Assembly (NCBI GenBank): GCA_963789955.1
Contig: CAWBMV010000001.1
Span: 192,001 to 256,000 of the forward strand
Source: an uncultured Candidatus Rokubacteria bacterium
GTDB taxonomy: Bacteria > Methylomirabilota > Methylomirabilia > Rokubacteriales > CSP1-6
Reading direction: 5' to 3'
Length of the DNA: 64,000 nucleotides
The position numbers and the translations under genes are program-made. Below, in pieces: positions 63,490 through 64,000 of this stretch. Position 1 is the first letter of the stretch; each line of letters begins with the position of its first letter. The notes under the pieces are model-generated. The model was not told the DNA's origin and ran no database searches. It worked only from the letters and a program-made list of their open reading frames with translations.

Positions 63490-64000
63490 GCCTCGATCCG
63501 CTTCGCGGAATCTCGACAGTCGTGAACGTCGATCTGCCCTACGGCGAGACCACCCTGACCGCGACGCTCCCCGAGCGCACGCGCGTGTTCTCGAACAGCG
63601 AAGCGGTCGTCCCGGCGCCCGTCAGCGACCTGACGACGGCCGTCGGCGAGGCGCTCGCGCAACCGATCGGCCTGCCACGTCTCGGCGAGCTGGTGAAGCC
63701 GCGCTCGCGGGTGACGATCGCGTTCGATGACGCGACGGTGCCCTCGTATGGGCCGATCCGCACGATCGCCATCGAGGCGGTGCTCGGCGAGCTGGCGGCG
63801 GCCGGCGTCGCGCGAGGGCAGGTCTCGCTCATCTGCGCCAACGCGCTCCATCGAAAGCTTCGCCCGGCCGAGCTCGCGCGAATCATCGGCGCTCCGCTCG
63901 TGGCGCGAGTTCGGGGAACGGCTCTCGTGCCACGACGCGGAGAACCCGGACGGCCTCGTCGATCTCGGACGGACGCCTGAGCACGGCTATCCGGTGGTCG
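63486..64000 (+). CDS. LarA-like (lactate racemase domain) protein, partial
   Basis: LPYG, ALAQPIG.PRL.ELV, IAFDDAT, ICANALHR, HDA in the shifted frame. Confidence 0.75.

Overview
A very GC-rich bacterial chromosomal window of mostly housekeeping and metabolic genes. The gene content resembles Candidatus Rokubacteria/Methylomirabilota, which is my inference and not proven. About 18 genes carry single-base frameshifts typical of an unpolished long-read assembly. In order: GNAT/LysR pair, DUF72, ald, hydrolases, typA, two tandem cyclophilins, D-aminoacylase, ArnT-like GT, aldehyde dehydrogenase, a cytochrome c / P19(Tp34)-like fusion, tpx, an interleaved tup/mod Mo-W transport cluster with modE, moaC and acuC. 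Next comes a ~13 kb trehalose cluster (membrane sensor-HAMP-OtsA fusion, otsB, DUF5752, motif-degenerate TreT-like and GT2-like proteins, treS, maltokinase, sugar ABC, TM-helix channel-like protein), then tmk-holB-ricT-metG-tatD. A 1.67 kb integrase-less element follows, bounded by a 12-bp direct repeat with arm-type repeats and IHF-like sites and inserted into a bidirectional -10 element. The rest is a PLAT + HEAT secreted pair, MBL-REC, a DmpA-like peptidase, hisC, glnD, a PgsA-TPR-Slt fusion and a LarA-like start. I found no rRNA, tRNA or CRISPR array. The best novelty candidates are the att-bounded mini element, the sensor-coupled trehalose system with apparent pseudoenzymes, the PgsA-Slt fusion and the cytochrome c-P19 fusion.
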